NCBI GenBank assembly: GCA_046075565.1
Contig: JBJTQJ010000043.1
Span: forward strand, 1-55,034
Source: Verrucomicrobiales bacterium
GTDB lineage: Bacteria; Verrucomicrobiota; Verrucomicrobiia; Verrucomicrobiales; SLCJ01
Length of the DNA stretch: 55,034 nucleotides
Direction: 5' to 3'
Numbering within the stretch: the first letter of the stretch is position 1; each line of letters begins with the position of its first letter. Position numbers and translations under genes: made by a program. Below are positions 35,620-49,694 of this stretch, piece by piece. The notes below the pieces were generated by a model, which worked only from the letters and a program-made list of their open reading frames with translations, was not told the origin of the DNA and ran no database searches.

Positions 35620-36346
35620 ACTTCATGGCCTCAGCAAACGTTACGGGGATGCCCGCGCTCTCGATGGAGTGGATTACACATCAAATGGTCAAAACCGCAT
35701 TCTCACGCTCATTGGACCATCCGGAGGAGGAAAGAGCACCTTGCTTCGGGTGATTGGCGGATTGATTCCTCCCGATAGCGGAAGCGTGGTGCTCAACGAC
35801 GAAAGAATGCCCCGTGATGAAAAGGGGCTCCTAACGTGGCGGCGCTGCCTCGGTTTTGTCTTCCAGCACTTCAATCTCTTCCCCCACCTCAGCGTCGAGC
35901 GCAATCTCACTCTGCCCTTGGAAAAAGTCCACGGATGGTCCCCGCAGGCGGCCCGTTCCCGCGCCGCCGAACTTCTGGACAAGTTCAATCTCCCCGGCCT
36001 CGGTTCACGCTATCCCTCCGAGATCTCCGGCGGTCAGGCCCAGCGGGTCGCTTTGGCCCGCGCCCTCGCGCCCTCGCCTCGGCTCCTGTTGCTCGATGAA
36101 CCCACTTCCGCCCTCGACCCCGAAATCACCGCCGATCTCCTCGAATTGATCCTTAACCTCGCCCGGGAAGGACAGGAGATCATCCTGAGCACCCATGAGA
36201 TGGGATTTGCCCGCGCCCTGGGAGGAGAAGTGCTGTTTCTCCAGGGCGGCTCTTTGCTCGCGCACGGCGATGTCGAGTCGATCTTCACCGCCCGCCGGAA
36301 TCCCGATCTCGCCCGCTTTCTCTCCCGGGTCACCCGGTTCACCTGA
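35609..36346 (+). CDS. Polar amino acid ABC ATP-binding protein
   Basis: GPSGGGKST, VFQHFNLFPH, ISGGQAQR, DEPTSALDPE. Confidence 0.92.
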   Translation: MRIELHGLSKRYGDARALDGVDYTSNGQNRILTLIGPSGGGKSTLLRVIGGLIPPDSGSVVLNDERMPRDEKGLLTWRRCLGFVFQHFNLFPHLSVERNLTLPLEKVHGWSPQAARSRAAELLDKFNLPGLGSRYPSEISGGQAQRVALARALAPSPRLLLLDEPTSALDPEITADLLELILNLAREGQEIILSTHEMGFARALGGEVLFLQGGSLLAHGDVESIFTARRNPDLARFLSRVTRFT

Positions 36347-36453
36347 GATGGCAAGGCCATTTTCACCAAAATGTCCTGAAATATTGCGGGCAAATCAACG
36401 TTCGATGGGGGATACCCACGGTCGGCCACGCCAAATCATCCGCTCAACTCCCC

Positions 36454-37989
36454 ATGACCACCCGCATTCTCGCTATTTGCCTCACCCTATCACTAGCGCC
36501 GAGTCTGGTGTGGTCCGCCGAGGAGAGACGTGAGCAGAAAAAGCCGAATATCCTTTTTATCCTAACGGATGATCAATCGCCATTCGACTTCAAGTTTTAC
36601 GATCCGATGTCTTCCTTGGAATCGCCGCAAATCGACAGTCTCGCGTCCAGTGGCATGGTTCTCGATTCCGCCGTTCACATGGGCTCCTTCGTCGGTGCGG
36701 TTTGCACGCCTTCCCGCCACATGATCATGAGCGGGCGCACGGTTTGGCATTTGCCCATTGGTCCGGGCGAGCGGAATTGTCCGGCCCAGCTGGAACAGAA
36801 TACCATTGGTGCCGTGTTCAATCGCGCCGGTTACGCGACCATGCGCACCTGCAAGAAGGGCAACAGCTATGAAGCCGCCAACCAGCAGTTCAGCATCGTG
36901 CACGACATGACGAAACGTGGAGCCACCGACGAAACCGGGAGCGCTTGGCATGCCGAGCGTGTGCTGGATTATCTAAAGACGCGGCAGGACACCAAAGACG
37001 CCCGGCCGTTCTTCATCTATTTCGGCTTGTCTCATCCTCACGACACGCGGGATGGTAAACCGGAGTTGCTCGCGAAATACGGCGCCACCAATCATACCGA
37101 TCCGAATTCACCGCCACCATCCCACCCGAAGCAGCCACCTCTTCCTCTCAACTGGCTTCCCGCCCATCCCTTCGACAACACGGAATTGAATGTCCGTGAT
37201 GAGCGCAAAGTCAGTGGTGTCTGGGCACGACGGGACCCTGCCACCATTCGCAACGAAATCGGACGCAACCACGCGTGCGCGGAAAATGTCGATATCCAAG
37301 TCGGGCGTGTGCTCGCGCGACTGAAGGAAATGGGTGAGCTCGAGAATACTTACATCTTCTACACCGCCGATCACGGCATCGCCATCGGACGCCACGGCTT
37401 GCAAGGAAAACAAAACCTCTACGAACACAGCTGGCGGGTTCCCCTGATTGTCAAAGGCCCGGGCATCAAACCGGGCAGCCGGGCGACCGGCAATGTTTAT
37501 CTCGCCGACCTGCTCGCGACCATGTGCGACCTGACCGGTGTGCCCCCGCCGAAGACCAATGAAGGGACCAGCCTCAAGCCCGTCCTACTTGGCGAGAAGG
37601 ATTCCATCCGCGATACTCTCTATGGTGTCTATTCCGGGGGCGGCAAGCCCGGGATGCGTTGCGTGAAGCAGGGCGACTACAAACTCATCGAGTATGAATC
37701 CCCGGAAACCCGCGAAACCCAGCTCTTCAATCTGAAGGAGAATCCCCGCGAATTCGTCGCCGAGCACCAAGCGCCGAAAGTCAGCACCCACACTGGTGTT
37801 GCTCCCGCTGCCACGCAAACCAACCTTGCCAACGATCCCGCCCACGCGGCAAAGCTCGCCGAGATGCAAGCCCTTCTCCTCGCCGAAATGCGTCGGCTCA
37901 ACGATCCCTACCGCTTTACAAACCAACCCTCCGATGGTCTGGTGCCAACTGCTGACGACAAGGCCAAGGCCCGCGGGCGAAAGAAGTAA
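36454..37989 (+). CDS. Secreted formylglycine-dependent sulfatase
   Basis: PNILFILTDD, CTPSR, PHD, ADHG, GKQNLYE. Confidence 0.93.
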   Translation: MTTRILAICLTLSLAPSLVWSAEERREQKKPNILFILTDDQSPFDFKFYDPMSSLESPQIDSLASSGMVLDSAVHMGSFVGAVCTPSRHMIMSGRTVWHLPIGPGERNCPAQLEQNTIGAVFNRAGYATMRTCKKGNSYEAANQQFSIVHDMTKRGATDETGSAWHAERVLDYLKTRQDTKDARPFFIYFGLSHPHDTRDGKPELLAKYGATNHTDPNSPPPSHPKQPPLPLNWLPAHPFDNTELNVRDERKVSGVWARRDPATIRNEIGRNHACAENVDIQVGRVLARLKEMGELENTYIFYTADHGIAIGRHGLQGKQNLYEHSWRVPLIVKGPGIKPGSRATGNVYLADLLATMCDLTGVPPPKTNEGTSLKPVLLGEKDSIRDTLYGVYSGGGKPGMRCVKQGDYKLIEYESPETRETQLFNLKENPREFVAEHQAPKVSTHTGVAPAATQTNLANDPAHAAKLAEMQALLLAEMRRLNDPYRFTNQPSDGLVPTADDKAKARGRKK

Positions 37990-38081
37990 TCCACTGCCCG
38001 GCTCATCCCGAGAGCACACAGCCGACCCGCCCTTTCAACGACCCGGAACCATCACTTCACTTTCTCAATATTCTTTAGCCC

Positions 38082-42164
<4,083 letters not shown>

Positions 42165-42170
42165 TTCGGC

Positions 42171-43082
42171 TTATTCCCTCTGGACACAGGGGGCCGACGC
42201 CTTCGCCCGGTAGTCCGATGGGCTCATGTTCATTTCGCGGCGGAAGAGCCGATTGAAAAACGACAATTGGTTGAAACCGTTGTCGAAGGCGATGTTGGTT
42301 ATCGGTGTGGCGGTGTCGCGCAGCGCACTGCACACGGCTTGAAGGCGCACATGGTTGAGGAAGGGCGAGAAGGAGCGTCCGGCGTGAAGTTGGAATTGGC
42401 GGGCAAAGGTCGCACGACTCATCGCGGTGAGTTCCAGCAGTGCATCCAGCCGGATAGGTTCCCGGTAGTGGGCGATGATATAACTCAACGCACGGCGGAT
42501 GGAATCCTGTTGTTCGTCGGTTCCCGATAGGGAGAAGGTACGCGCCGAGAGGGTCCGAACTTCTTCGTCAGGCGCTCTTGTCAGTGCGGTTATGATGGAG
42601 AACAAATGGGTAAGTCTGGGTAGCCCGACATGCCGGTGCATGGTTTCCATCAGGCTGCGGATGGTGGAGGCAGTGTGGCCGCCAAGGTGCAGGCCCTTGC
42701 GCGCCCTCCCTTCCAGCGAGCGCAATGAAGCGATCTCGTTGAAGTCCCAGATGCCGTGGTGCTCGGGGAAATGCCATTGGATGGCCAGGCCCGTGGACCT
42801 GCCGCGCACGTGCCAGTAGTGGGGGACATTCGAACCAATCAAAACCAGATCGCCCGGGTGGAACTGCTCGATGTGATCGGCGACGTAGCGCGTGCCTTCT
42901 CCACGTTGCACCAGGGTCAGTTCGGTCTGCGGGTGGTAATGCCATTGGTCACCACGCCCTTGTAACCGGATGGCCTCACCTGGTGCCGTGATTTCCTCCA
43001 CTTCGCTAATGCGGTCGGTCCAGCGCAAGACCCGAAATGCTTGCCCTGCGCCAAGTTGGATGTTTTCCCGGGAAGTTGCCAT
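42171..43082 (-). CDS. AraC family transcriptional regulator (cupin plus HTH)
   Basis: WHYHPQTEL, GSNVPH cupin; IAFDNGFNQLSFFNRLF HTH. Confidence 0.93.
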   Translation of the reverse strand: MATSRENIQLGAGQAFRVLRWTDRISEVEEITAPGEAIRLQGRGDQWHYHPQTELTLVQRGEGTRYVADHIEQFHPGDLVLIGSNVPHYWHVRGRSTGLAIQWHFPEHHGIWDFNEIASLRSLEGRARKGLHLGGHTASTIRSLMETMHRHVGLPRLTHLFSIITALTRAPDEEVRTLSARTFSLSGTDEQQDSIRRALSYIIAHYREPIRLDALLELTAMSRATFARQFQLHAGRSFSPFLNHVRLQAVCSALRDTATPITNIAFDNGFNQLSFFNRLFRREMNMSPSDYRAKASAPCVQRE

Positions 43083-43128
43083 ATTGGCATTTTTTAGCGC
43101 TTCCGCTGGATCATTAAAGCCAAATGTT

Positions 43129-43161
43129 GAGACTATAGTGCCAAATAACGAGCCAAAAGTC
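43129..43161. promoter_or_regulatory. Putative AraC-type operator (direct half-sites 21 bp apart)
   Basis: GAGACTATAGTG at 43129 and GAGCCAAAAGTC at 43150, in the divergent intergenic region. Confidence 0.45.
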
Positions 43162-43316
43162 GTAGTCGAACGGCTTGCCGTGGGATATAGACGGAATGAC
43201 AGACGTCGATTCGGTCTCGATACCGGCATGTTAACTCCACCACCGGTGGAGCAGCGGAACGGACTGGTTCCGATTGCCGTGAGTTGTTATCTTTCGCCGC
43301 CCCATACGCCAAGACC

Positions 43317-44666
43317 ATGAAAACCCGTTTTACACGCCGCCAGTTCATTCACACGACCGGAATTGGTTTTGTTGCCATGTCCGCCGGGAGGGCGGCCACG
43401 CCGAACGGCAAATTGAACCATGCTTGCATCGGTGTCGGCGGAATCGGGGCTGTCGATATGCACAATTTCATGTCCCACGCAAATGTCCGCGTTGTTGCCA
43501 TCTGCGATGTTGATGGAAATCGGCTCGAGGCGGCCGCGAAACTCGTTCCCGACGTGCGCAAATACACGGACTGGCGTGAGTTGCTTGCCAAAGAGGGCGA
43601 CAAGATTGATTCGGTGAACATCGCGGTTCCCGACCACATGCATGCGGCCATCACCATGACCGCGCTGGCGGCGAAAAAGCATGTTTACTGTCAAAAACCG
43701 CTCTGCCACGACGTGGCCGAATGCCGCGCGGTGGCGGCCGCGGCCAAGGAAGCCGGCGTGGTGACGCAGCTGGGCACTCAATATGCTTCCGGCATCGGCG
43801 ACCGCATGGCAGTGCAATTGCTGCGCGAAGGTGCCATCGGCATGATCAAGCGGGTCGTGCTTTGCTCGAACCGGACGGGCGCGGTCGAGGCCTATCGGCT
43901 TGAGGGTCCGCGCCCTGCCGAAGCGAGGCCGGCGCCGGCCCATCTTGATTGGGGTCTTTGGCTTGGCACGGCTCCCCAGCGCCCCTACGCGCCCGACATC
44001 TATCATCCGATGAAGTGGCGGGCCTGGCAGGATTTCGGCACCGGTTGGTCCGGCGACATCGGTTGTCATATTTTTGATGCGGTCTGGAAAGGCTTGGGCC
44101 TCACCGCGCCCGAAACCATCACCGCCGAAGTCCAGAAGTCATGGCAGGAATCTCCCGTCCGCCGCGCCGACACCTGGCCCCAATGGAATCACATCACCTG
44201 GTCTTTCCCCGGCAACGCAATGACCGATGGCAATACATTGCCGGTGGAATGGTTTGATGGCGAGAAGTTGCCGCCCGAAGAGGTGAGAAAATTGGGGGAA
44301 TTGGCCAGCTACCCCGAGGAGGCGGCCATGGTCATCGGCACCGAAGGTTCCCTGCTCCTGCCGCATCAGTCGCTCCCCCGCTTGAACCCGCGAGAGAAAT
44401 TCAAGGAGCAGCCGCGGCCAAAACTGCCGCCACGCAATCATTACCATCATTTCGTGGATGCTTGTCTGGGCGGTGAAATGACCGAATCGCATTTCGGCCA
44501 GAGCGCCCCGATGACCGAGGCCATCCTGCTCGGCACGGTGGCGATCCGCTGCTCCGGCGAGACCCTGAAATGGGATTCCGCCAAAATGGAAATCGCCAAT
44601 AATGCCACCGCCCAAGGCTTGCTCAAGCGCACCTACCGGGAAGGATGGAAGGTTGCAGGACTTTGA
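43317..44666 (+). CDS. Gfo/Idh/MocA oxidoreductase with Tat leader
   Basis: TRRQFI, IGVGGIG, VPDHMH, YCQKP, GDIGCHIFD. Confidence 0.92.
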   Translation: MKTRFTRRQFIHTTGIGFVAMSAGRAATPNGKLNHACIGVGGIGAVDMHNFMSHANVRVVAICDVDGNRLEAAAKLVPDVRKYTDWRELLAKEGDKIDSVNIAVPDHMHAAITMTALAAKKHVYCQKPLCHDVAECRAVAAAAKEAGVVTQLGTQYASGIGDRMAVQLLREGAIGMIKRVVLCSNRTGAVEAYRLEGPRPAEARPAPAHLDWGLWLGTAPQRPYAPDIYHPMKWRAWQDFGTGWSGDIGCHIFDAVWKGLGLTAPETITAEVQKSWQESPVRRADTWPQWNHITWSFPGNAMTDGNTLPVEWFDGEKLPPEEVRKLGELASYPEEAAMVIGTEGSLLLPHQSLPRLNPREKFKEQPRPKLPPRNHYHHFVDACLGGEMTESHFGQSAPMTEAILLGTVAIRCSGETLKWDSAKMEIANNATAQGLLKRTYREGWKVAGL

Positions 44667-44686
44667 TATTTCTGCAGAATGAAGGC

Positions 44687-45730
44687 ATGAAACGTCTCGA
44701 CCGGAAATTGGCCAATCTGCTCGCGGGCTCGACCTCGCCTGCCGACTTCATCATCGCCGATGCCAAGGATGCCGACATGGCCTTCGGACGCACCTCGCCC
44801 GGGCCGCAGGCCGGCTCCGATCGCCGTGGCTTGGGTGCCAAGGCGGGTGGCTGGAAAACCTTGCCGCAATACCTCGAGCAAATCCGTGGCGTCATCGCCC
44901 AGGACATCGTCGATATCGTCCTGCTTTCCGCTTCCAACCTCGAACGCCTCGCCATCAAAGAGGGCATGTTCCGCGATTCCGAAATCACGCCCGCGGCGAG
45001 GGCCAACGATACCTCCGACATATGGGCGGTGCGCGGCGGAACGTATGCGTCCGAACATCCGTCGCGCCCCTTCCGCGGCGTGAGCATCGATCACATCAAA
45101 TACGGACGTCTGACGGAGGATCACCGTCAGCCCTTCACGGGCGCCGACCTCGGTCTTTATTCCATCACTTTCACCAACCACATCGACTGGGACCACCGGG
45201 CGCTGGTGGATTACCGGGATTTTCGCATCGAATGCGAACGCAAGGGCTTCCGGCATTTTCTCGAGGTCTTCAACCCGAATGTGGATCCCGGCATCCCCGG
45301 AGAACAGGCCACCGGTTTTCTCAATGACCACATCATCCGCACCCTCGCTGGAGTCACGGAGGCCGGGCGACCGATCTTCCTGAAAATCCCCTACAATGGC
45401 CCCGGCCCGCTGGAGGAACTGGTCGGCTATGACCCGAATCTGGTCGTGGGTATTCTGGGGGGCAGCGCGGGCACCACGCGTGATGCCTTCCAGCTCATTC
45501 ATGATGCCAGCAAGCATGGCGCGCGCGCCGCTTTGTTCGGCCGCAAAATCAACCTTTCCGAGCACCCGCTGGCCTTCATCGAATTCTTGCGCCGGGTAGT
45601 GGACCGCGAGATCGAACCGACCGACGCGGTGAAGGCTTACCATGATGTGCTGCGGAAATGCCACATCTCCACGCAGCGGGATTTGCCACAGGACATTCAG
45701 CTCACTTCGCCCACAATCCACCACCCATGA
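44687..45730 (+). CDS. Uncharacterised class I aldolase-like TIM-barrel protein
   Basis: FLKIPY (Schiff-base Lys position), GILGG, LFGRKI resemble DhnA/LsrF C-terminal motifs. Confidence 0.6.
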   Translation: MKRLDRKLANLLAGSTSPADFIIADAKDADMAFGRTSPGPQAGSDRRGLGAKAGGWKTLPQYLEQIRGVIAQDIVDIVLLSASNLERLAIKEGMFRDSEITPAARANDTSDIWAVRGGTYASEHPSRPFRGVSIDHIKYGRLTEDHRQPFTGADLGLYSITFTNHIDWDHRALVDYRDFRIECERKGFRHFLEVFNPNVDPGIPGEQATGFLNDHIIRTLAGVTEAGRPIFLKIPYNGPGPLEELVGYDPNLVVGILGGSAGTTRDAFQLIHDASKHGARAALFGRKINLSEHPLAFIEFLRRVVDREIEPTDAVKAYHDVLRKCHISTQRDLPQDIQLTSPTIHHP

Positions 45731-45819
45731 AACGCGGTATTATCTCCCTCTTGTTGTTTGTTTGCTGCGGCTCTGGTCGGCGACGAATGCGTGCTCGAAG
45801 AGGGTTTAATGTTGCTTGA
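45727..45819 (+). pseudogene. Truncated start of a secreted-protein gene
   Basis: ATGA overlap with the upstream stop; MKRGIISLLLF signal-like start cut off by the repeat at 45814. Confidence 0.4.
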
Positions 45820-46089
45820 GGGCAGCGCGGTCTGGAGTGTGCCATCGGCATCTTGCCGGTGGAGTTCACACGAAACAGGCAGGATGCCTGTTTTACTGTC
45901 CAGAGGGAAGATATCGCGATCGGGGAGAGGCGGAGAGTCATTCCCTCACGGCATCGGAAGCGATGCCGCTACCGAGAAGAGGTCATATCGGGTTTACTTG
46001 ATTCCGCCTCGCACCATTTCCAAGATTCTCCGCGTCGCGGTTTCGGAATCCTTCGCTTGCAAGAGCGCAGACACGACGACAATGCGCCG
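45814..46089 (+). repeat. Direct repeat copy 2 (REPIN, GTAG REP and intact thiE 3' end)
   Basis: Aligns with 41912-42164; contains REPIN 45832-45903 and REP 45949-45972. Confidence 0.85.
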
Positions 46090-46644
46090 CGCCCCGGCGG
46101 CGAGCACAGCCGGAAGGGTGGATTCGTTGATTCCGCCGATGCAGTAAAGCGGTCGCTGGACTTTCGCCATGGCCGTGGCGATGTCCGCCAGTCCGATGGC
46201 CGGCCGACCCGGTTTGGTGCCGGTGGGAAAAAGCGGACCGAAGCCGAGATAATCGAATCCTTCGGAATCGGCGGCGAGGGCTTGTTCAAGCGAATGTGTT
46301 GAGCGTCCGATGATGGCATCCGCTCCCACGACGGCCCGGGTTTCTTCGAGTGTGCCGTCATCCTGACCGATGTGGACGCCATCCGCTCCGATGTCCGCCG
46401 CGATGTGCGGGTGATCATTGATGATGAAATTGATGCCTTCGCCACGGCAGATCGGAAGAAGCTGGCGGGCGAGGCGGGTGATGTCCGCCGGCTCGCGACC
46501 TTTGGCGCGCAATTGCAGGATGCCGGCTCCGCCGCGAATGAGGGCACGGGTCATACCGGGCATGGCCTCGTCGGCGACATAGCCGCCATCGACGATGGCG
46601 TAGAGCGCGGGCGCGTGCTCCGGATCTAACTTGCTCGTGTTCAC
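45994..46644 (-). CDS. thiE: Thiamine-phosphate synthase
   Basis: [38 protein letters not shown]. Confidence 0.95.
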   Translation of the reverse strand: MNTSKLDPEHAPALYAIVDGGYVADEAMPGMTRALIRGGAGILQLRAKGREPADITRLARQLLPICRGEGINFIINDHPHIAADIGADGVHIGQDDGTLEETRAVVGADAIIGRSTHSLEQALAADSEGFDYLGFGPLFPTGTKPGRPAIGLADIATAMAKVQRPLYCIGGINESTLPAVLAAGARRIVVVSALLQAKDSETATRRILEMVRGGIK

Positions 46645-48026
46645 TCCTGCCCGGGTTGTTCCGGTTTCCCGACCAAGTGTCCACCCTTATCCATCCAGTC
46701 TTTCACCCAGTTGATGCTGTAGGTGCCATTACGGAAGTCGGGATGATCGATGACGGAAAGCTGGAAGGGAATCGTCGTCTTGATGCCTTGGATGTAAAAT
46801 TCCTTGAGCGCGCGTTTCATGCGCCGGATGGCGGAATCGCGGGTGGCCCCGTGCACGATGAGTTTGGCGATCATCGAGTCGTAGTTCGGTGGCACGGTGT
46901 AGTTGGTATAGACGTGGGTATCAACCCGCACGCCCCGTCCACCGGGAGCATACCAGAGGCTGATCAGGCCGGGAGAGGGAGCGAAGTTGTTGTAGGGATC
47001 CTCGGCATTGATGCGGCATTCGATGGCATGGCCGCGGGGTGAACTGCTGAAGAGATGCTGGGAAATGGGCAAACCGGCCGCGATCTGGACCTGTTCCTTG
47101 ATCAGATCGACGCCGAATAGTTCTTCCGTCACCGGGTGTTCCACCTGGATGCGGGTGTTCATTTCCATGAAGTAGAAATTGCCGTTGTCATCGACGAGGT
47201 ATTCGATGGTGCCGGCATTTTCATAGCCGATGGCTTGGGCAAGTCGGGTGGTGGCCTCACCCATACGCTGGCGCAGTTCGGGAGTAAGGATAGGCGACGG
47301 GCACTCCTCGATGATCTTCTGGTTGCGGCGTTGCATCGAGCAATCACGTTCGCCGAGATGCATGAAGTTGCCATGCGTGTCGCAGAGCACCTGAAACTCG
47401 ACGTGGTGCGGGTTGAGTACGAGTTTTTCGAGATAACAGTCCCCGTTATCGAAGGCGGCCTTCGCTTCGGCGCTGGCCGCGCGGAAAAGATTCAGGAAGT
47501 CTTCTTCGGCGAAGACCGGGCGCATGCCGCGTCCGCCGCCGCCGGCCGTGGCTTTCACCATCACCGGGAAACCAATCTGCTTCGCCACGGCAAGTGCTTC
47601 CTCCTCGTCGCGCACGCAGCCATTGGAACCGGGGGTCACGGGGATGCCATGAGCGGTGGCGGTGGCACGGGCGGTGTTTTTGTCGCCCATCATGCGGATC
47701 ACTTCCGCCGAAGGTCCGATAAATTTGATATTGCAGCTTTCGCAGATTTCCGCGAAGCGGGCGTTTTCCGAAAGGAACCCATAGCCGGGGTGAATGGCAT
47801 CGGCCCCGGTGATTTCGGCGGCGGCAATGATGCGATCGATTTTCAGATAACTCTGTGGGCTGGGAGCCGGGCCGATACATACTGCCTCGTCGGCGAGTTG
47901 CACGTGCATGGAATCGACATCGGCTTCCGAATAGACAGCGACGGTGGGGATATCGAGTTCACGGCAGGCGCGGATGACCCGGAGGGCGATTTCGCCGCGA
48001 TTGGCCACGAGGACTTTCTTGAACAT
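46641..48026 (-). CDS. accC: Acetyl-CoA carboxylase biotin carboxylase
   Basis: [47 protein letters not shown]. Confidence 0.97.
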   Translation of the reverse strand: MFKKVLVANRGEIALRVIRACRELDIPTVAVYSEADVDSMHVQLADEAVCIGPAPSPQSYLKIDRIIAAAEITGADAIHPGYGFLSENARFAEICESCNIKFIGPSAEVIRMMGDKNTARATATAHGIPVTPGSNGCVRDEEEALAVAKQIGFPVMVKATAGGGGRGMRPVFAEEDFLNLFRAASAEAKAAFDNGDCYLEKLVLNPHHVEFQVLCDTHGNFMHLGERDCSMQRRNQKIIEECPSPILTPELRQRMGEATTRLAQAIGYENAGTIEYLVDDNGNFYFMEMNTRIQVEHPVTEELFGVDLIKEQVQIAAGLPISQHLFSSSPRGHAIECRINAEDPYNNFAPSPGLISLWYAPGGRGVRVDTHVYTNYTVPPNYDSMIAKLIVHGATRDSAIRRMKRALKEFYIQGIKTTIPFQLSVIDHPDFRNGTYSINWVKDWMDKGGHLVGKPEQPGQE

Positions 48027-48069
48027 GGAGGCGGAAGAGGGAAGGTGGAACGGAGGACGCCGGCCCGGC

Positions 48070-48549
48070 TTACTTGAGGAGGAAGAGCGTGGCCCCGAAC
48101 TGAACCGGGGTGCCGTCTTCGGCGACGATGGCGGTAAGGATGCCGGATTTTTCGGCTTTGATTTCGTTCATCACTTTCATGGCCTCGATGATACAAATGG
48201 TCTGGCCCACCGAGATGGTGTCGCCAACTTTGACAAAGGAATCGGCACCGGGCGACGGAGCGGAGTAGAAAGTGCCGACCATCGGGGAGGTGATCTCCGT
48301 GCCTTCGGGTTTGGCCGGGGCGGCGGCGGGTGCGGTGGAAGCGGCAGGCGCTGCGGCTGCGGCGGCAACGGGTTGCGGTGCGTAGGCGGCCGGCGCGGCG
48401 AAGACTTGCTCGGCTCCCCGGCGGAGCTTCACCTTGAACCCGTCTTTTTCGAACTGGAAATAGGACAAATCATTGTCCTTCATCAGTCTCACGATGCGGC
48501 GGAGTTCTTCCAGAGGGACGGTAGTTTGCGGGGTGGCGTCTTTGTTCAT
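48070..48549 (-). CDS. accB: Biotin carboxyl carrier protein
   Basis: Ala/Pro linker, [17 protein letters not shown]. Confidence 0.97.
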   Translation of the reverse strand: MNKDATPQTTVPLEELRRIVRLMKDNDLSYFQFEKDGFKVKLRRGAEQVFAAPAAYAPQPVAAAAAAPAASTAPAAAPAKPEGTEITSPMVGTFYSAPSPGADSFVKVGDTISVGQTICIIEAMKVMNEIKAEKSGILTAIVAEDGTPVQFGATLFLLK

Positions 48550-48585
48550 GGGTGGGAGCGTGTGAGGGAATTCGGAGATTTGTGG

Positions 48586-48614
48586 AGTTTAACAGCGGGT
48601 GAACGGGCAGGCAA
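48586..48614 (-). promoter_or_regulatory. Putative promoter of accB-accC-thiE
   Basis: TTGCCT-17 bp-TAAACT with extended -10 TG. Confidence 0.55.
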
Positions 48615-48630
48615 GGATTCTTCCGTGAGG

Positions 48631-49002
48631 TCAAATTCCGGAGCGGCGGGCGGCGGCCCCCTCGTCGATCAATTTCCAGAAGTGTTTGTTACCGGCGAGG
48701 GCTTCGTCCTCATCCGCGTCGCCGAGGTTCGAGCGGAAAAGAAAGTCCGCGAGGGTTCCTTTGTGCAGGACACGGTGCACCAGCACATAGCCGTCCTTGG
48801 CCTCGAAGTAGATGCGGTTGTCCTTGGCCCGGTAGCGGTGCAGTTTTTTGCCGCCGTGGTCGAGGGTGCCGAAACGTTTGCCGTCCGGTTTTTGCAGGTC
48901 CTCCGGGGTCACCTTGAATTCGGCCAGCAACTCAAGCTGGGCGAGGGTGTCGAGCCGGGATATTTCGGCGGCGCTGATTTCGTTGAAAACGATCTGGAAC
49001 AC
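48631..49002 (-). CDS. RelE/ParE-fold-like small protein
   Basis: FQIVFN..S start, LHRYRAKDNRIYF, LVHRVLH match the RelE/ParE pattern; GTG start 7 nt after TTGACA-17-GAGATT. Confidence 0.65.
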   Translation of the reverse strand: MFQIVFNEISAAEISRLDTLAQLELLAEFKVTPEDLQKPDGKRFGTLDHGGKKLHRYRAKDNRIYFEAKDGYVLVHRVLHKGTLADFLFRSNLGDADEDEALAGNKHFWKLIDEGAAARRSGI

Positions 49003-49068
49003 GGGGGCAAATCTCCCCGCTGGCCCGGGCCTTGTCAAAAGGCATTGGGCCGAATCGCCGGCTCCCGT

Positions 49069-49626
49069 TCAGTTTTGCAGGGTGGCAAGCGAGTCGTCAG
49101 TGGCTTCGGGCGAAGAGGCGGACGAGGTGTTCTTCCCTGGGGAAAAGGCGGCTGGTTCCGGAGCGGTCTCCGCTTTTTTCTCAAAGGCATTGAGCACGGC
49201 GGCTCCAGTGATGAAGATTAGAATGGTCGAGACAGTCAGGGAAAGCAGGTTTTTCCAGATGGCGCGTCGTGATTGCTCGCGGCGGCGGCGGGCGGCGTCG
49301 CCAGGGCGTTGGGAGCCAAAATTGTTCCGCTCGGGCATGGGCGCGACCTCGCGGGTGAGGCGCACCCGTTCGGCGGGCGGGGCGGGAGCTTCATCGGACC
49401 AAGCCATGGGGCGCTGCCCGGGGGCACGGCGAGGGGGGAGTTTGACCCGCTGGATCAAAGTATCGAGGCGAGGCTCGGGGGTGGGGGAAGGTGCTTCGAT
49501 CCTCCCGCCGCAGCTCGAACAGGGGCCGGAAACCATGGCCATGCCGGGCCGCAGGCGCAGCTCGATCCGGCAGTGCGGGCAAGCGAACGATTCGCAGGAT
49601 AGAATGGTCGGTGTCACGGGAGGCAA
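49069..49626 (-). CDS. Hypothetical Zn-ribbon membrane protein
   Basis: CPHC..CSSC near the N-terminus, Pro-rich linker, single TM; start uncertain. Confidence 0.65.
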   Translation of the reverse strand: MPPVTPTILSCESFACPHCRIELRLRPGMAMVSGPCSSCGGRIEAPSPTPEPRLDTLIQRVKLPPRRAPGQRPMAWSDEAPAPPAERVRLTREVAPMPERNNFGSQRPGDAARRRREQSRRAIWKNLLSLTVSTILIFITGAAVLNAFEKKAETAPEPAAFSPGKNTSSASSPEATDDSLATLQN

Positions 49627-49694
49627 AATCGAGGAATTACCTCCAGCTTATGAGAAATCAGACCAATTGCAAGAGAAAATTCCAATAATTATAA

